DNA of 64,000 nucleotides from Phyllobates terribilis (Eukaryota), in the NCBI RefSeq assembly GCF_046119375.1, contig NW_027362765.1, positions 166,718,001 through 166,782,000 of the forward strand, written 5' to 3'. The notes under the pieces were generated by a model, which worked only from the letters and a program-made list of their open reading frames with translations, did no database searches and was not told the DNA's origin. Shown here piece after piece: positions 40,039-51,606 of this stretch. Numbering within the stretch: the stretch's first letter is position 1; each line of letters begins with the position of its first letter. The translations under genes were made by a program, and so were the position numbers.

Positions 40039-40650
40039 TGTCACGGGTGTGTCAGGTGTGACAGACAGTCACTCTGGATCCAGCTGTAGAATGACATTGC
40101 GCTTGGCTCTGCAGGCACCTTCTTGACCTTTTCATCTCTGTAGTGTAGTGATATCCTTCTCCCTCTAGGACCTAGCAGTGACCTCCACCTTCTGCTGCTA
40201 ATTGACACAACCTTGCTGGATGTTTAAATATCTTCAGTCCCTCCAGAGAGTCGCTGGTGATAGCTCTATGTTCCTCTGTCCAGGCTTCAATTACTAGTAG
40301 TTGGCTAGTGTTTTCTTGGAATTCACTTGGAGGATAGTTGGTGTGATCTCTCTGGTGTCTTCTCAAGCTAAGTGCTTCACTTGTCTGTTTACCTGTTTTT
40401 CTTTAGTTGCAGTGGGGGCTGACTAGTGCTCACCCTGTCCCCTCCCTACCTAGGGCCTATCGCTAGGGGTAGTCAGGGATTAGGTTTCCTGCTCGGCGAT
40501 AGGTGCAGAACCTATTTAGGGATGTTAGGGGAGTCAGGGTGACTGTCAGATCTGCCTAGGGGTCTCCACTCCCCCTTTCCCTAGTGTTTGGGCTTCCTCC
40601 CCCCTCTTCCCATTGTTGTGCACTTAGTCTTTCCCTCACCTTGCATGACA
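40039..40650. mobile_element. Solo LTR (612 bp)
   Basis: TGTCAC...CATGACA with perfect 5-bp TSD GCCTG (40034-38, 40651-55), inserted in a GGAGACTGGGGG-type purine-rich repeat. Confidence 0.85.
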
Positions 40651-41189
40651 GCCTGCTGGAGACTGGGGGCTGTGGCTGGAGCAGGAGGAGCGCGAGGTTC
40701 TGGCACAGACTGGCTGTGGTGTCTGTGACTGGAGGAGTGGAGGGTCTGGTAGAGACTGGGGGCTGTGGCTGGAGCAAGAGGAGGGGGAGGGTCTGGCAGA
40801 GACTGGGGGTGATGTATGTTGTGACATCACCAACTAGACTCTGCCAGACAGGAAAACTGTAGTCCAGTTTTCACCAGCTCCTCCAGAATCAGGACTGAGG
40901 CTGGTCACATGACATGTTTGTATCTAGGCAACGGAGCAGAATGCTGACAGAGAGTAAATTACAAACTGTCAGCATTCTGCAGCCTAGGTACACACACAGA
41001 TTATACTGAATGCCTGGACAACCCCTATAAAGTAACGATGGACTGTAGTTTCTCTTTCCTTAGTTGAGTTGTTCTTGCCACATTCTGGTTTAGAACAGTT
41101 GTTATGACACTAACTATAAGATAATAATGCCAGTGAGGGAGCATATGCCCAAATGATCAGAGCTATTAATGTCAGCCTACCTAGCATAT

Positions 41190-41251
41190 TGTTGTTATAA
41201 AGTATTCTAATTTACTGAGATAATGACTTTTGTGTTTTCTTTGGCTGTAAG
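41190..41251 (+). mobile_element. Fragment of a Tc1 TIR (same family as 34038-36921) abutting the hAT left end
   Basis: GTTGTTATAAAGTATTCTAATTTACTGAGATAATGACTTTTGTG matches 36714-36775. Confidence 0.75.
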
Positions 41252-42170
41252 TAGAGATGAGCGTTGTTCTACTCGAACTGTTCGCCAATCTCAAATTCGA
41301 GCTGTTTTGGGCGGTGTTCGAGCCGGTCGGCGAACACGAACAATTTGAGAAAAATTCGGCTGTTCGAGGTTATGTTCGATAACTGTTCGTGCACCAAAAT
41401 CATAACTGGATTTTTTCTCAGTAATGATGAAAATTAATGTTAATACGCAGTTTGAGTGTACAGCTGGGCGGGGGGAGGGGCAGGGGATGGATCTCTGCAG
41501 GAACAATGAAGATCTCCATTTTTTTTTCTCTTTCCCGCATTTGCAGTGGGGAGGTGTAATCTGTCAGCCTATCAGCAGCGCACACACGGAGCGAAGTGCT
41601 TTTTTTCACACAAGCAAGGGCATGTGTGATTGGCAGTGTATGTCACATGTCCTTGCCCTATAAGACCAAGCCATTTTCCCCGTCGCCACCATTTTCTCAC
41701 TGCTGCAGCTGCGTGTTAGACGGCACCGCTGTTGCTGTGTGCGCTATACCTTGTTAATTTCAAGCCAATTTTCGCACAAATATACAGATAGCTTGGGAGT
41801 AGGGAATAGTTGTGATTGCAGTCCTTTTAAGGACTAGGTTACAGCATTTCCTACGACTTTTATCAGGCAGGTCTGTGCTCTTAAATAGATAGATTGTGGG
41901 AGTAAAGACTAATTGTAATTGGAGTCCTTTTCAGGACTAGGTTACATCAGTTCCTATCAGTTTTTGCCAGGCAGGTCTGTGCCAGTGCTGTGCAAGTTTT
42001 TTTCACAGCATTTGGCTGAATCTAGCAAAGCTAATCCTTTTTGGCCTATTGCAGAGTGTGTTAGTCAGTGGAGTAGCCTATCTGTGTTGCAAGATATACC
42101 ACCTGTGTATAGAATACCAATTTTTTTACTGCACCTAGTGAAGTAAAATCTTTTGGGCATAGCATCATTC

Positions 42171-42566
42171 TATTAGTCCATCTATACTGACCTCCATCAG
42201 GTTGCAAATTAAAAATAATTTTTTTCTGCATCTAGCTCTGAAAAAATATTTGGGCTTCTAGCAGTGTGTGGGACTTGGTCTATTAGTCCATCTATACTGA
42301 CCTCCATCAGGTTGCAAATTAAAAATAATTTTTTTCTTCATTTATCTCTGAAAAAATATTTGGGCTTCTAGCAGCGTGTGGGACTTGTTCTATTAGTCCA
42401 TCTATACTGACCTCCATCAGGTTGCAAATTAAAAATAATTTTTTTCTGCATCTAGCTCTGAAAAAATATTTGGGCTTCTAGCAGTGTGTGGGACTTGGTC
42501 TATTAGTCCATCTATACTGACCTCCATCAGGTTGCAAATTAAAAATAATTTTTTTCTGCATCTAGC
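42171..42566. repeat. 110-bp tandem repeat, ~3.6 copies, upstream of the hAT ORF
   Basis: Units start TATTAGTCCATCTATACTGACC at 42171, 42281, 42391 and 42501. Confidence 0.92.
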
Positions 42567-42680
42567 CCAGCCAATAGTTTTGGCCTAATACCACAGTTTG
42601 GCCACTCAGCTCTGCTCGGTTACCATCCATTGTTTTTTTGTGCAAACAACTCCAGAGTTGTGAATTAGTTAACCACCAAA

Positions 42681-45600
42681 ATGAGTGGAAAAAGGCCTGC
42701 TGCTGGTGGAAAGGGGAATAGGCGTGTTGGGAAGGGGAAAAAAGGTTGTGTCCGTGGGGTAGGTGCAGAAGAAAGACCATCTTCCAGCCAAACTAAAATG
42801 TCTACTTCTTTTAGCGGACAATGTGATAAGATCCCTTTCTTACGGCCACGCCAATCGCTACAAATTCCAGATGAGGCACAAAAACAGCAGGTGCTTCAAC
42901 GGATATCAAGTGCTCCTTTAAGTGGGCTCTCCTCCACATCAACTTCAACATCACAAATACTCCAGTCCTCAAAGGTGTCACCCAAATCGCACTTGCTTCC
43001 TCACAGCTCCCAAATCTCCAGCTGCCCGTCTGAGTATGAGGTAGAACAGATGGTTGAGTCTGCAGAGCTGTTTACTCATACTATAGCCTGGGAATCAGAG
43101 GTCGACTCCAGCGCTTCTGTGAATCCAGACGAGGAAATGATCTGCACTGATGCCCAGAATCTTTATGAGTCGGATCCAGGACCAGACGCAGAAGGTTCTG
43201 ACCATAATGTAGACCCTCATTCCCAAACTGTAACTCCTGTTGGTGGAGACAATGAGGAAGACGATGATAAGACTCAAATACCTGATTGGAGCGACAACTT
43301 TAGTTTTTTGTCAGGGCAGGAACAGGTTGGCTCTGAGGACGACGGGTGTGATAACGCACAGGGTGATGATGATGAGGTCGGAGATCCCACTTACTGTCAA
43401 CCCACAGTCAGCCAAGAGATGAGGTCAGCAGAGGAGGTGGAGGAAGATGCTAGTGACGACGAGGTCAGGTTGCGCCTTCCTGGACAGAGACGTAGTACTG
43501 GAAGCACGTCAACAACTGCATCCTCAAACACAACTCTGCCTCTCACCACAAGTCGTGGTGGCTCTTCAGGTCGCATGGGTGCTAAGCCTTGCATAGCCTG
43601 GGCATTTTTTCAGATCGATAAAGATGACCCAACTCGTGTTATCTGTAACATTTGTCAGCAAAAGCTAAGTAGAGGCCAAAAAATACATAGTTTGAGTACT
43701 TCATGCATGAACCGGCACATGGACATGAAGCATAAGTTGCAGTGGGAAGCTCAGTGTGCTACAATGCGGCCTAGCCGGCCGGGCCAATCACCGTCTGCCA
43801 TATCTTGTGCATCCGCGGCCTCTTCATCCTCTGTGACTGGGGGGACAGCAGTCACACCTGTTTTGGGGCGCAGACCTGCCACCTCTTTACCCGCAACAGC
43901 CAGCGTGATTGGCAGGTCATCATTTTCTTTGGAGGTGGTAACACCAGCTGGTCTTGAGCGCTGTCCGACATCGATAGCACCACCTTTGGATCAAGGCAAC
44001 CTAACATGTCCGCCTGCATCTTCCTCACAGACCGGCAGTTTGCCGGGGACACCCTTATCAACCCCGTCTAAGCACAATAGCCAGCCCTCGGTCCCTCAGA
44101 TGTGGACAAGTAAAAGACCATTTCCTCCTAGCCATGAGAAAGCTAAGAGGTTGAATTTCACCATCTGCAAGCTCTTGGCTACAGAAATGCTGCCTTTCCG
44201 CCTGGTGGACACAGAGGATTTTCGAGACCTTATGTCCGTCGCAGTGCCCCAGTACCAGATGCCCAGTCGGCACTACTTCTCAAAGAAAGGTGTGCCTGCG
44301 CTCCACCAGCATGTCGCACACAACATCACCGCTTCTTTGAGAAACTCTGTGTGTGACAGGGTGCATTTCACCACAGACACTTGGACGAGTAGGCATGGAC
44401 AGGGGCGTTACATGTCGCTGACTGGGCACTGGGTAACTATGGTGACAGCAGGACAAGGGGCTGCTGTCCAAGTCTTGCCGTCCCCACGAGTTGTGCGTCA
44501 ATCCTCTTTATGTCAAAGTTCCTCCACTGCTTCTGCCTCCTCAACCTCCTCTCGGTCTTCCACCTGCACCCAAAGCCTGTCTGGTCATGCCACAAGCTTT
44601 CTAACTGCGCAGAAGGGATCCTGCACACCTCCTTACTATGCTGGCAGTAGGGCTCAACGTCATCAGGCGGTTTTTACATTGAAATGTCTGGGAAATGTGA
44701 GTCACACAGCTGAGGAGTTGTGGTCAGCTCTGGAGAACCAATTTCATGAATGGTTGTCTCCACTGGACCTGAAACCAGGGAAGGCCGTGTGCGACAATGC
44801 TGCAAACCTGGGTGCGGCCCTTCGCCGGGGCAATGTCACACACGTGCCTTGTATGGCTCACGTGTTGAACCTGGTTGTCCAGCAATTTTTAGCCCACTAT
44901 CCCAGACTAGATGGCCTTCTGCAGAGGGCACGGTCGCTGTGTGCTCACTTCCGCCGTTCGCATCCCGCAGCTCAGCGACTTACATCTCTACAGAAGTCGT
45001 TGGGCCTGCCACTTCACCGGCTAAAATGCGATGTGCCTACCCGGTGGAATTCAACTCTGCACATGTTGCAGCGACTGTGGCAGCACCGACAAGCCCTGGT
45101 GCAATACGTTCTGACGTATAGCCTGGGCCAACGAGATTCAGAGGTGGGGCAAATCACGCTGGAGGAGTGGTCTCAGATCAGGAACCTATGCACCCTTCTG
45201 CACAGTTTTGAAATGGCGACGAAGATGTTTAGTGCTGACGATGCCATTATCAGCATGACTATTCCGGTGATTTACATGCTGGAGCACATGTTAAACAGAA
45301 TTCGGAGTCAGGTGGTGGCACAAGAGGAGGTGGAGGAAGTAGAGGAGGAGGAGTTGTATGCGGAAGGGCTAACATCTGCAAGGTCCAGACGGTCGGCAGC
45401 ACCAAGGCGGCAGGCATGTGAGGGTGGGGGAGATGGTTTTACCAGGGCGCATGGTAGCAGCCAAACTAGTGAGGAAGGTGCAGGAGCCCAGGAAGAAGTG
45501 GAGGACGAACTGATGGAAGACTCATCAGATGAGGGAGACCTTGATCACATTTCTGTTGTGCGAGGTTGGGGGGAGAGGACAGAGGAAGGAAGCATGATTG

Positions 45601-46361
45601 TTACCTCGCCACCAACACAACAGGGACTTGGTGCTCCTGGATGCGCAACACACATGAGTGCCTTCTTGCTGCACTACCTGCAACATGACCCTCGAATTGT
45701 GAGAATTAGAAATAATCCTGACTACTGGGTTGCCACACTGTTAGATCCCCGGTACAAAAGTAAATTTGCAGAAATTATTCCTGCCATAGAAAGGGATGCA
45801 CGCATGCAGGAGTATCAGCAGAGACTGTTGCAGAATCTTACATGTGCTTTTCCACAAAATACCAGTGGTGCACGTAGTGAATCTCACAGTTCCAACTTGC
45901 CAACCGTGGGACCGTCAAGTGTTCAGCACTCAAACCGTAACAGAACCACAGTATCTGCTGGTAACATCAATTTTGCGGAATCATTTCACCACTTTTTTAG
46001 CCCATCCTTTGCAAGGCCACAGGAGACAAGAAGTCTGACACATAGTCAACGCCTAGAGACGATGGTACAGGAGTATCTCCAAGTAAACATTGAAGCCACG
46101 ACTGTGTCACTGGACCCTTGCTCTTTTTGGGCTTCCAATCTGGATAAATGGCCGGAGCTAGCCACTTACGCCTTGGAGATCTTGTCATGCCCCGCAGCCA
46201 GCGTTCTGTCTGAACGTGTGTTCAGCGCTGCTGGTGGTGTGCTGACAGATAAGCGCACGCGGCTCTCCACTGATAATGTAGACAGACTCACGTTCATAAA
46301 GATGAACAAATCATGGATCCGAAACGACTTTTCTACCCCTGTGTCATCCTGGGGAGAGTAA
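42681..46361 (+). CDS. hAT transposase with BED zinc finger (ZBED-like), 1226 aa, open frame
   Basis: BED finger (AWAFF...CNIC...MNRHMDMKH), catalytic FTTDTW, CDNAAN, CMAH, RWNST, and C-terminal dimerisation domain (LSCPAASVLSERVFSAAG...LTFIKMN). Confidence 0.92.
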   Translation: MSGKRPAAGGKGNRRVGKGKKGCVRGVGAEERPSSSQTKMSTSFSGQCDKIPFLRPRQSLQIPDEAQKQQVLQRISSAPLSGLSSTSTSTSQILQSSKVSPKSHLLPHSSQISSCPSEYEVEQMVESAELFTHTIAWESEVDSSASVNPDEEMICTDAQNLYESDPGPDAEGSDHNVDPHSQTVTPVGGDNEEDDDKTQIPDWSDNFSFLSGQEQVGSEDDGCDNAQGDDDEVGDPTYCQPTVSQEMRSAEEVEEDASDDEVRLRLPGQRRSTGSTSTTASSNTTLPLTTSRGGSSGRMGAKPCIAWAFFQIDKDDPTRVICNICQQKLSRGQKIHSLSTSCMNRHMDMKHKLQWEAQCATMRPSRPGQSPSAISCASAASSSSVTGGTAVTPVLGRRPATSLPATASVIGRSSFSLEVVTPAGLERCPTSIAPPLDQGNLTCPPASSSQTGSLPGTPLSTPSKHNSQPSVPQMWTSKRPFPPSHEKAKRLNFTICKLLATEMLPFRLVDTEDFRDLMSVAVPQYQMPSRHYFSKKGVPALHQHVAHNITASLRNSVCDRVHFTTDTWTSRHGQGRYMSLTGHWVTMVTAGQGAAVQVLPSPRVVRQSSLCQSSSTASASSTSSRSSTCTQSLSGHATSFLTAQKGSCTPPYYAGSRAQRHQAVFTLKCLGNVSHTAEELWSALENQFHEWLSPLDLKPGKAVCDNAANLGAALRRGNVTHVPCMAHVLNLVVQQFLAHYPRLDGLLQRARSLCAHFRRSHPAAQRLTSLQKSLGLPLHRLKCDVPTRWNSTLHMLQRLWQHRQALVQYVLTYSLGQRDSEVGQITLEEWSQIRNLCTLLHSFEMATKMFSADDAIISMTIPVIYMLEHMLNRIRSQVVAQEEVEEVEEEELYAEGLTSARSRRSAAPRRQACEGGGDGFTRAHGSSQTSEEGAGAQEEVEDELMEDSSDEGDLDHISVVRGWGERTEEGSMIVTSPPTQQGLGAPGCATHMSAFLLHYLQHDPRIVRIRNNPDYWVATLLDPRYKSKFAEIIPAIERDARMQEYQQRLLQNLTCAFPQNTSGARSESHSSNLPTVGPSSVQHSNRNRTTVSAGNINFAESFHHFFSPSFARPQETRSLTHSQRLETMVQEYLQVNIEATTVSLDPCSFWASNLDKWPELATYALEILSCPAASVLSERVFSAAGGVLTDKRTRLSTDNVDRLTFIKMNKSWIRNDFSTPVSSWGE

Positions 46362-46689
46362 AAGCTTGATGATTGGTTAAAATCACCCTACCAACCGTTT
46401 TAAGCTTTCAAATTACTAATCATGTTTATCTGTATCTTGACTGGAAAATAATTTGGGCTTTGTAGCAGTGTGCAGCACTGATCCTATTAGGCCATCTATA
46501 ATAAGCTTCACCAGATTTAAAATTAAAAATAATTTTTAGCTGCATCTAGCCCGGAAAATAATTTTGGGGCTCCGAGATGCGCAAGACACGTAAGTGCCTT
46601 CTTGCTGCACTACCTGCAGCATGACCCTCATATTGTCAGAATTCGAAGTAATCATGACTACTGGGTTGCCACACTCTTAGATCCCCCAA

Positions 46690-48060
46690 ACTTTTCGATC
46701 AACCTTTTCATTTTAATAAAGACCAAAAAAATGGTCATTTTTGAAATTATAAGCATTAGCAGGTTGTTAGAAACTGAAATCAAACAGTTTTCAACTCAAA
46801 ACTTTATTCTAGGTGATGTTACATTTTCACATAGGACCCCTTGTTCGAATGGAGCTTCTGAACTCTCTCGTCCATTGAATTTGTCAGGTTTTGGATGGTT
46901 TCTGCTTCAATTGTTTTGCATGAGGACAGAATACCCTCCCAGAGCTGTTGCTTAGATGTGAACTGCCTCCCGCCATCATAGACACTCCTTTTAATGATGC
47001 TCCAAAGGTTCTGAATGGGGTAGAGGTCAGGGGAGCATGGGGGTCACACCATAAGTTTGTCCCCTTTTATGCCCATATCAGCCAGAGATGCAGATGTTTT
47101 ATGTGCAGCATGAGATGGTGCATTATCATGCAGAAAAATGATCTTGCTGTGAAATACACGGTTCTTCTTCTTGAACCATGGCAGGAAGTGCTGTTTGAGA
47201 AAATCCACATACATTATGGAGTTCATCTTTAGCGCCTTCAGGGATCCTAAAGGGGCCGACAATCTCTCTCCCCATGATTCCAGCCCAAAACATTACTCCA
47301 CCTCCTCCTTGTTGGCGCTGTAGCCGTGTTTGCGTGGGGTGTCCATCAACCAGCCATCCTCCACTCCATTCATCTGGACCATCGAGCGCTGCACGGCACT
47401 CATCCGTGAACAAAACAGTTTTGAAATCAGTCTTCATGTAATGTTTGGCCCACTGGAGCCGTTTCTGCTTGTGTGAAGTGGATAGAGGAGGTCGACAGGA
47501 TGGCATATGCACAGCTGCAAACCTCTGAAGGACCCTGCATCTTGTTGTTCGGGGGACGTTGGAGGCACAAGCAGCTTCAAAAACTTGTCTGCTGCTATGA
47601 CAAGGCTTTTTTGCCGCTGCTGTTTCAACCTGACGTAATTGCCTGTAGGAAAGAGTCCTCAATTTGCCCTTATCAGCACGCACACGTGTGTACTGTGAAT
47701 CAGCTACATACTTCTTGATTGCCAAGACACTTCATCCTGATCATCGCACAATGTTGATTGTAGTCATGCCTTGACCTAAACACTCCACAATTTGTTGCTT
47801 CTCAGCAGCCGACACATCCTTTTTCTTTCCCATTTTGGCAGAAAATGTAGGCTGCTTAATAATGTGAGAGAGCCTTCTTAAGTAGTCTTGCCTTTCATTG
47901 GACACACCTGCCAAACTAATTAGCACAGGTGTCTGCAATTGCTTACAGTGATATAAAGAGCCCTGACACACATCACCATCAATGAGTTTAACTGACAAAC
48001 AAACAAATTCTTCCCTTATCACTCCTAAACACTTTTTGCATAATAATTTGGAACGCGGTG
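46690..48060 (-). mobile_element. Tc1-related DD37E (TRT-type) transposon; the 3' TIR is deleted
   Basis: 5' TIR CACCGCGTTCCAAATTATTATGCAA with TA at 48061-62. Transposase remnant 47833-46819. Confidence 0.85.
46819..47833 (-). pseudogene. DD37E transposase pseudogene
   Basis: MGKKKDVSAAEKQQIV..., VLFTDECR, HDNAPSH, then 37 residues to SPDLYPIQN (catalytic E replaced by Q). Frameshifts and an in-frame stop. Confidence 0.85.
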
Positions 48061-48132
48061 TACATGTGCTTTTCCACAAAACACCAGTGGTTCACGTAGT
48101 GAATCTTACAGTTCTAACTTGCCAACCGTGGT

Positions 48133-49960
48133 CTGTATGGAATTGTTCAATAAAGGGCCCAAAATTAAGATAACATAGATGGGAGAGGTCTCTATGAATA
48201 GGAATTCCTAAGTATTTGATACCCTGTGAGGGCCAGGCAAAGGGAAAGTTGGACTGGATGGAATCCTATATGGATTTAGGGAGGGAGACATCGAGGGCCT
48301 CAGACTTCGCTGCATTGATTTTAAAATTTTACCATGTAACAAAGTGATCTATTTCAGCCATAACAGCAGGGATGGATATATGTGATTGAGTGATATATAC
48401 TAGGACATCATCAGCAAATAGAGAGCACTTGTACTCGGTGCCTCCCACCTCAATCCACCTAATATTGGGGTTATGGCGAATTGATGAGAGCAGGTGCTCC
48501 GTCACTAGGATGTATAAGAGAGGGGACAGAGGACATCCCTGCCTTGTCCCATTGGTGATTGTGAAAGGTGATGAAAATGTTCTGACGCACCCCCTGGGCC
48601 TTGGGACACCCGGAGCCGGACACTTTTTGGTGGATGCTGGTGGTTGTAGTCTTCGTGGCGGCGATCCGGTTCCGTGGCTCAGGGCGGTCAAACCAGTGGT
48701 GGAACTATTTATGTGGTTTTGATGTTTAAATGTCCGACTACGCCACCCGTGGATTGCGGTCAGAGTGAACCGCCGCTACAGGGCAGACCGCTAAGGCTGG
48801 TGTTGTGGGTGCAGCAGAGCGTAGCATAACTCCCCACGGGAGGAGTATAGCCTCAGGGCAGTGTATGTGGAGGATGGGGGTGATGGTGCAGGGCAGCAGC
48901 AGTAACGACACGGAGTCAGTGATGCAGTTCAGGGCCTTTACTCACAGTTCTTATTATCCAGACCACGTCTGCAGGTAACGGCTGCCCACGTCGTACTGTG
49001 CTCACCAGGTGAGGGGCTCAGACAACTCCCAGATAACTTTGGAGCGCTTCACAGGACCCCCTTTGTGTGTCCTTTGTCTGGCCTTTCTTACCAACACTTC
49101 TGTCCGGCTGCCTCGGGCCTCCTCTTGGTAAACTTGGCGCCAGTTTCCCTGACCCTATGTGGTGCCTTCCTAGCGGGTGGAGCAAGGGGCTGCGTCACAT
49201 AAAATGTCAGAGCCTCCGGTTTCTAGCTGAGGGTCGTTTCCTGCCTCCACTAGTTCGGGGACCGGTCTCCCCCTTTGGCCTGACCCCTCCACGCAGGTGG
49301 ATTCGGGCGTGCGGTGGCGACTCGCCCGTCCGCACCCCTGGGATCCCTTCATTCCTCGTTCCTGGAGCCTTCTCCGCACCACTTCCTTCCTTCTCCCTCT
49401 TGCAGGCCTGGGCCTCTGTTACTAGGCCCGCCTCCGGAGCAGAGCTCATGCAGAGCCCCTGCTCCCTGCCACTTCTGCTCAGACTTCTCTGCACTGAACT
49501 AAGATGGTGCCCACCTTTTATACTCCCTTCTCAATGCACCCAGGAACTGCTTCCTCCCTGCTCCTGCACTGCAGGGTTCCCCTTCCTCAGTGTTCCCTCC
49601 CCCCACTCCAGCCAGGGACAGGGACTGTCGTGCCCATCTCAGGGGCATATTGGTCGCCCTGCCCCACGGCAATGTGGTGTAATGCATGCAGGTGTCGGGT
49701 CCTGATCCACACTCCATCCTTATCTGAGAGTGAGATATCACACCTCTGGGTGAGGTGCAATACGTCTGTAGCAACCGAGCCCTCGGTGCTACAGTTCCAT
49801 TTATCTTCAGCCTAGGTGACGTATTGTGATACAGGGCCGTGATTTTGGCTATAAAAGGGTCCCCTAGACCCCTACCCCAAGCTTTTTAAGAGAATCATAT
49901 ATGGCGTGCCAGGAGACTCTATGGAATGCTTTCTCAGCATCCAACGAGAGTATCTACTTA
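48133..49960 (-). mobile_element. L1 ORF2 (RT) fragment split by a solo LTR
   Basis: LSLDAEKAF...ALYHNTSPRLKINGT|FSSPFTITNGTRQGCPLSPLL...FADD...IKYLGI reads continuously once 48583-49793 and one TSD copy are removed. Confidence 0.85.
48583..49793. mobile_element. Solo LTR (1211 bp), Gypsy-type
   Basis: TGACGCAC...GTGCTACA with 4-bp TSD GTTC (48579-82, 49794-97). Confidence 0.8.
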
Positions 49961-51606
49961 CAAATTTTTAACTGCATCTAGCCCAGGAAATACTTTGTGC
50001 CTAGTAGCAGTGTCTGCTAGTCAGCGGATTATCCCGGCTGTTAAGCAAGCTACACCACCTGTAGTTTGGACACTTAATTTTTTCAAAGGAAATGCTTCGG
50101 GACCACGGGATACTTAGTGAAGAGCATCAGGAGGCACCCCAAGGCATAGGGGCTGGGACTGGCACTAGGATGCCTTGCGGTGGACAGCCGAGCTCGATCC
50201 TTATAAAAGCTTTTTAACTGCAGCAGCTTTAGTGGACGCTACTGGAGCTGGAATTACGCGGCTGCTGGCATGAGACTTGCCCTCCAATAGATCCTTGTAA
50301 ATGGATTTAAAGTGTATTCATTCAAATTAGAGGGACAATTTAAATTAAAAAGCTTAGAGCTGCCTCCACCACAGGGGGGCTCTCTCGACCCACCAGCGGA
50401 CAGGCACCAGTATTGGGAGAGGGGGGCTGGCCGTCAGGGTTCACCGCGGCTCTGGCACAAACCCGGCGACACGGAGGTGGCACGGGCAGGAGCGGACTGG
50501 CCGTCTCGGCTTCTCACTTTTTGGATTTTAGAAGGGCATGACATGCCTATATCTGTGTCTCCCCCTCCTTTTACTCCTCCACCTCTTTTCTTTTCGCATG
50601 ACTATATGTACTTGTCACTTTTCCATGTGTTAGTTGTGTCTTCTGAGCAGTTTGTCAGCTTTTGGACACCTTTGAAGGTGTTTTCTATGTGTTTTTGTTT
50701 GCCTGCCATTGGTTTTAACGGTGTTCGAAGGTGTTCGACGAACAGTTCGGCGAACACACGGGTGTTCGACGAACCGAACCGAACTCGAACACTACGGGGG
50801 TGGCTCAACACTAGTAGAGAGGCTAGAAACAACTCAACTAAGTCACTAAACCTCATATTTATAGCCAGACTTATATAAAAGAATCAGTAATGTCCGGTTT
50901 ATTGGAGGCCGAATGCTGAATCCCTCAAGTTACCCTTTTCTGAAGGGTAACTACGTGCAGCCATAAAAGAGTCAAAACCGGGGAAAGCCCCTGGTCCAGG
51001 TGGTTATTCACTACCATATTACCAACAGTTTACTGATTCGCTTACTCATCTCGTCTATAGTTTTAATGCACTATCTAATGGTTCCTCTTTCCAGGGAGAC
51101 TTTTACAGGCTCATATATCAGTTATTCATAAGGAAGGGAAAAATCCATCTCAATGTGCAAGCTATAGACCAATCTCACTCCATAATGTAGATATTAAACT
51201 GTTTGCAAAAATGATTGCATCCAGACTATCCCCACTTTTAGCATATGTTATCCACCCGGATAAAACAGGATTCATGAGAGGTAGAGAGGCCAGGGACAAT
51301 ACAACTAAGGCACAAAACCTCATATTTACAGCCAGAGTTAAGTTCCAGCCTCTTTTGCTTTTGTATACTGATGCTTAAAAGGCCTTTTATATGCTAAACT
51401 GGTCTTTCATGAATGAGACATTACATAGCATAGGAGTAAAAGCAAATGTGTTATGATGGGTATTGGCCCTGTTTGAAAACTGACTGCCAGTGTGAAGGTG
51501 AATGGATTTCTGTACCAGGAGTTTGACATACTTAACGGCAAACATCAGAGGTGTACTCTTTCCCCATTAATTTCTATATTTACTTTGGAACCCTTTGTCA
51601 GGAGGG

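Larger units (their letters stand above)
41252..50813 (+). mobile_element. hAT (Ac/ZBED-like) DNA transposon region with nested insertions; possibly two fused copies
   Basis: Left TIR TAGAGATGAGCG with GTTCG-rich subterminal repeats. Right end GCTCAACACTA with matching GTTCG/CGAAC subterminal repeats. The 8-bp flanks differ (GCTGTAAG vs GTAGAGAG). Confidence 0.7.

Noticed and set aside
42171-42566. Regular 110-bp repeats and other arrays as CRISPR-like structures
   Set aside because: Units are contiguous with no unique spacers, the DNA is vertebrate, and there are no cas genes.
41244-50821. A single intact hAT insertion with TSD
   Set aside because: The 8-bp flanks (GCTGTAAG / GTAGAGAG) do not match, so it cannot be called one intact element.
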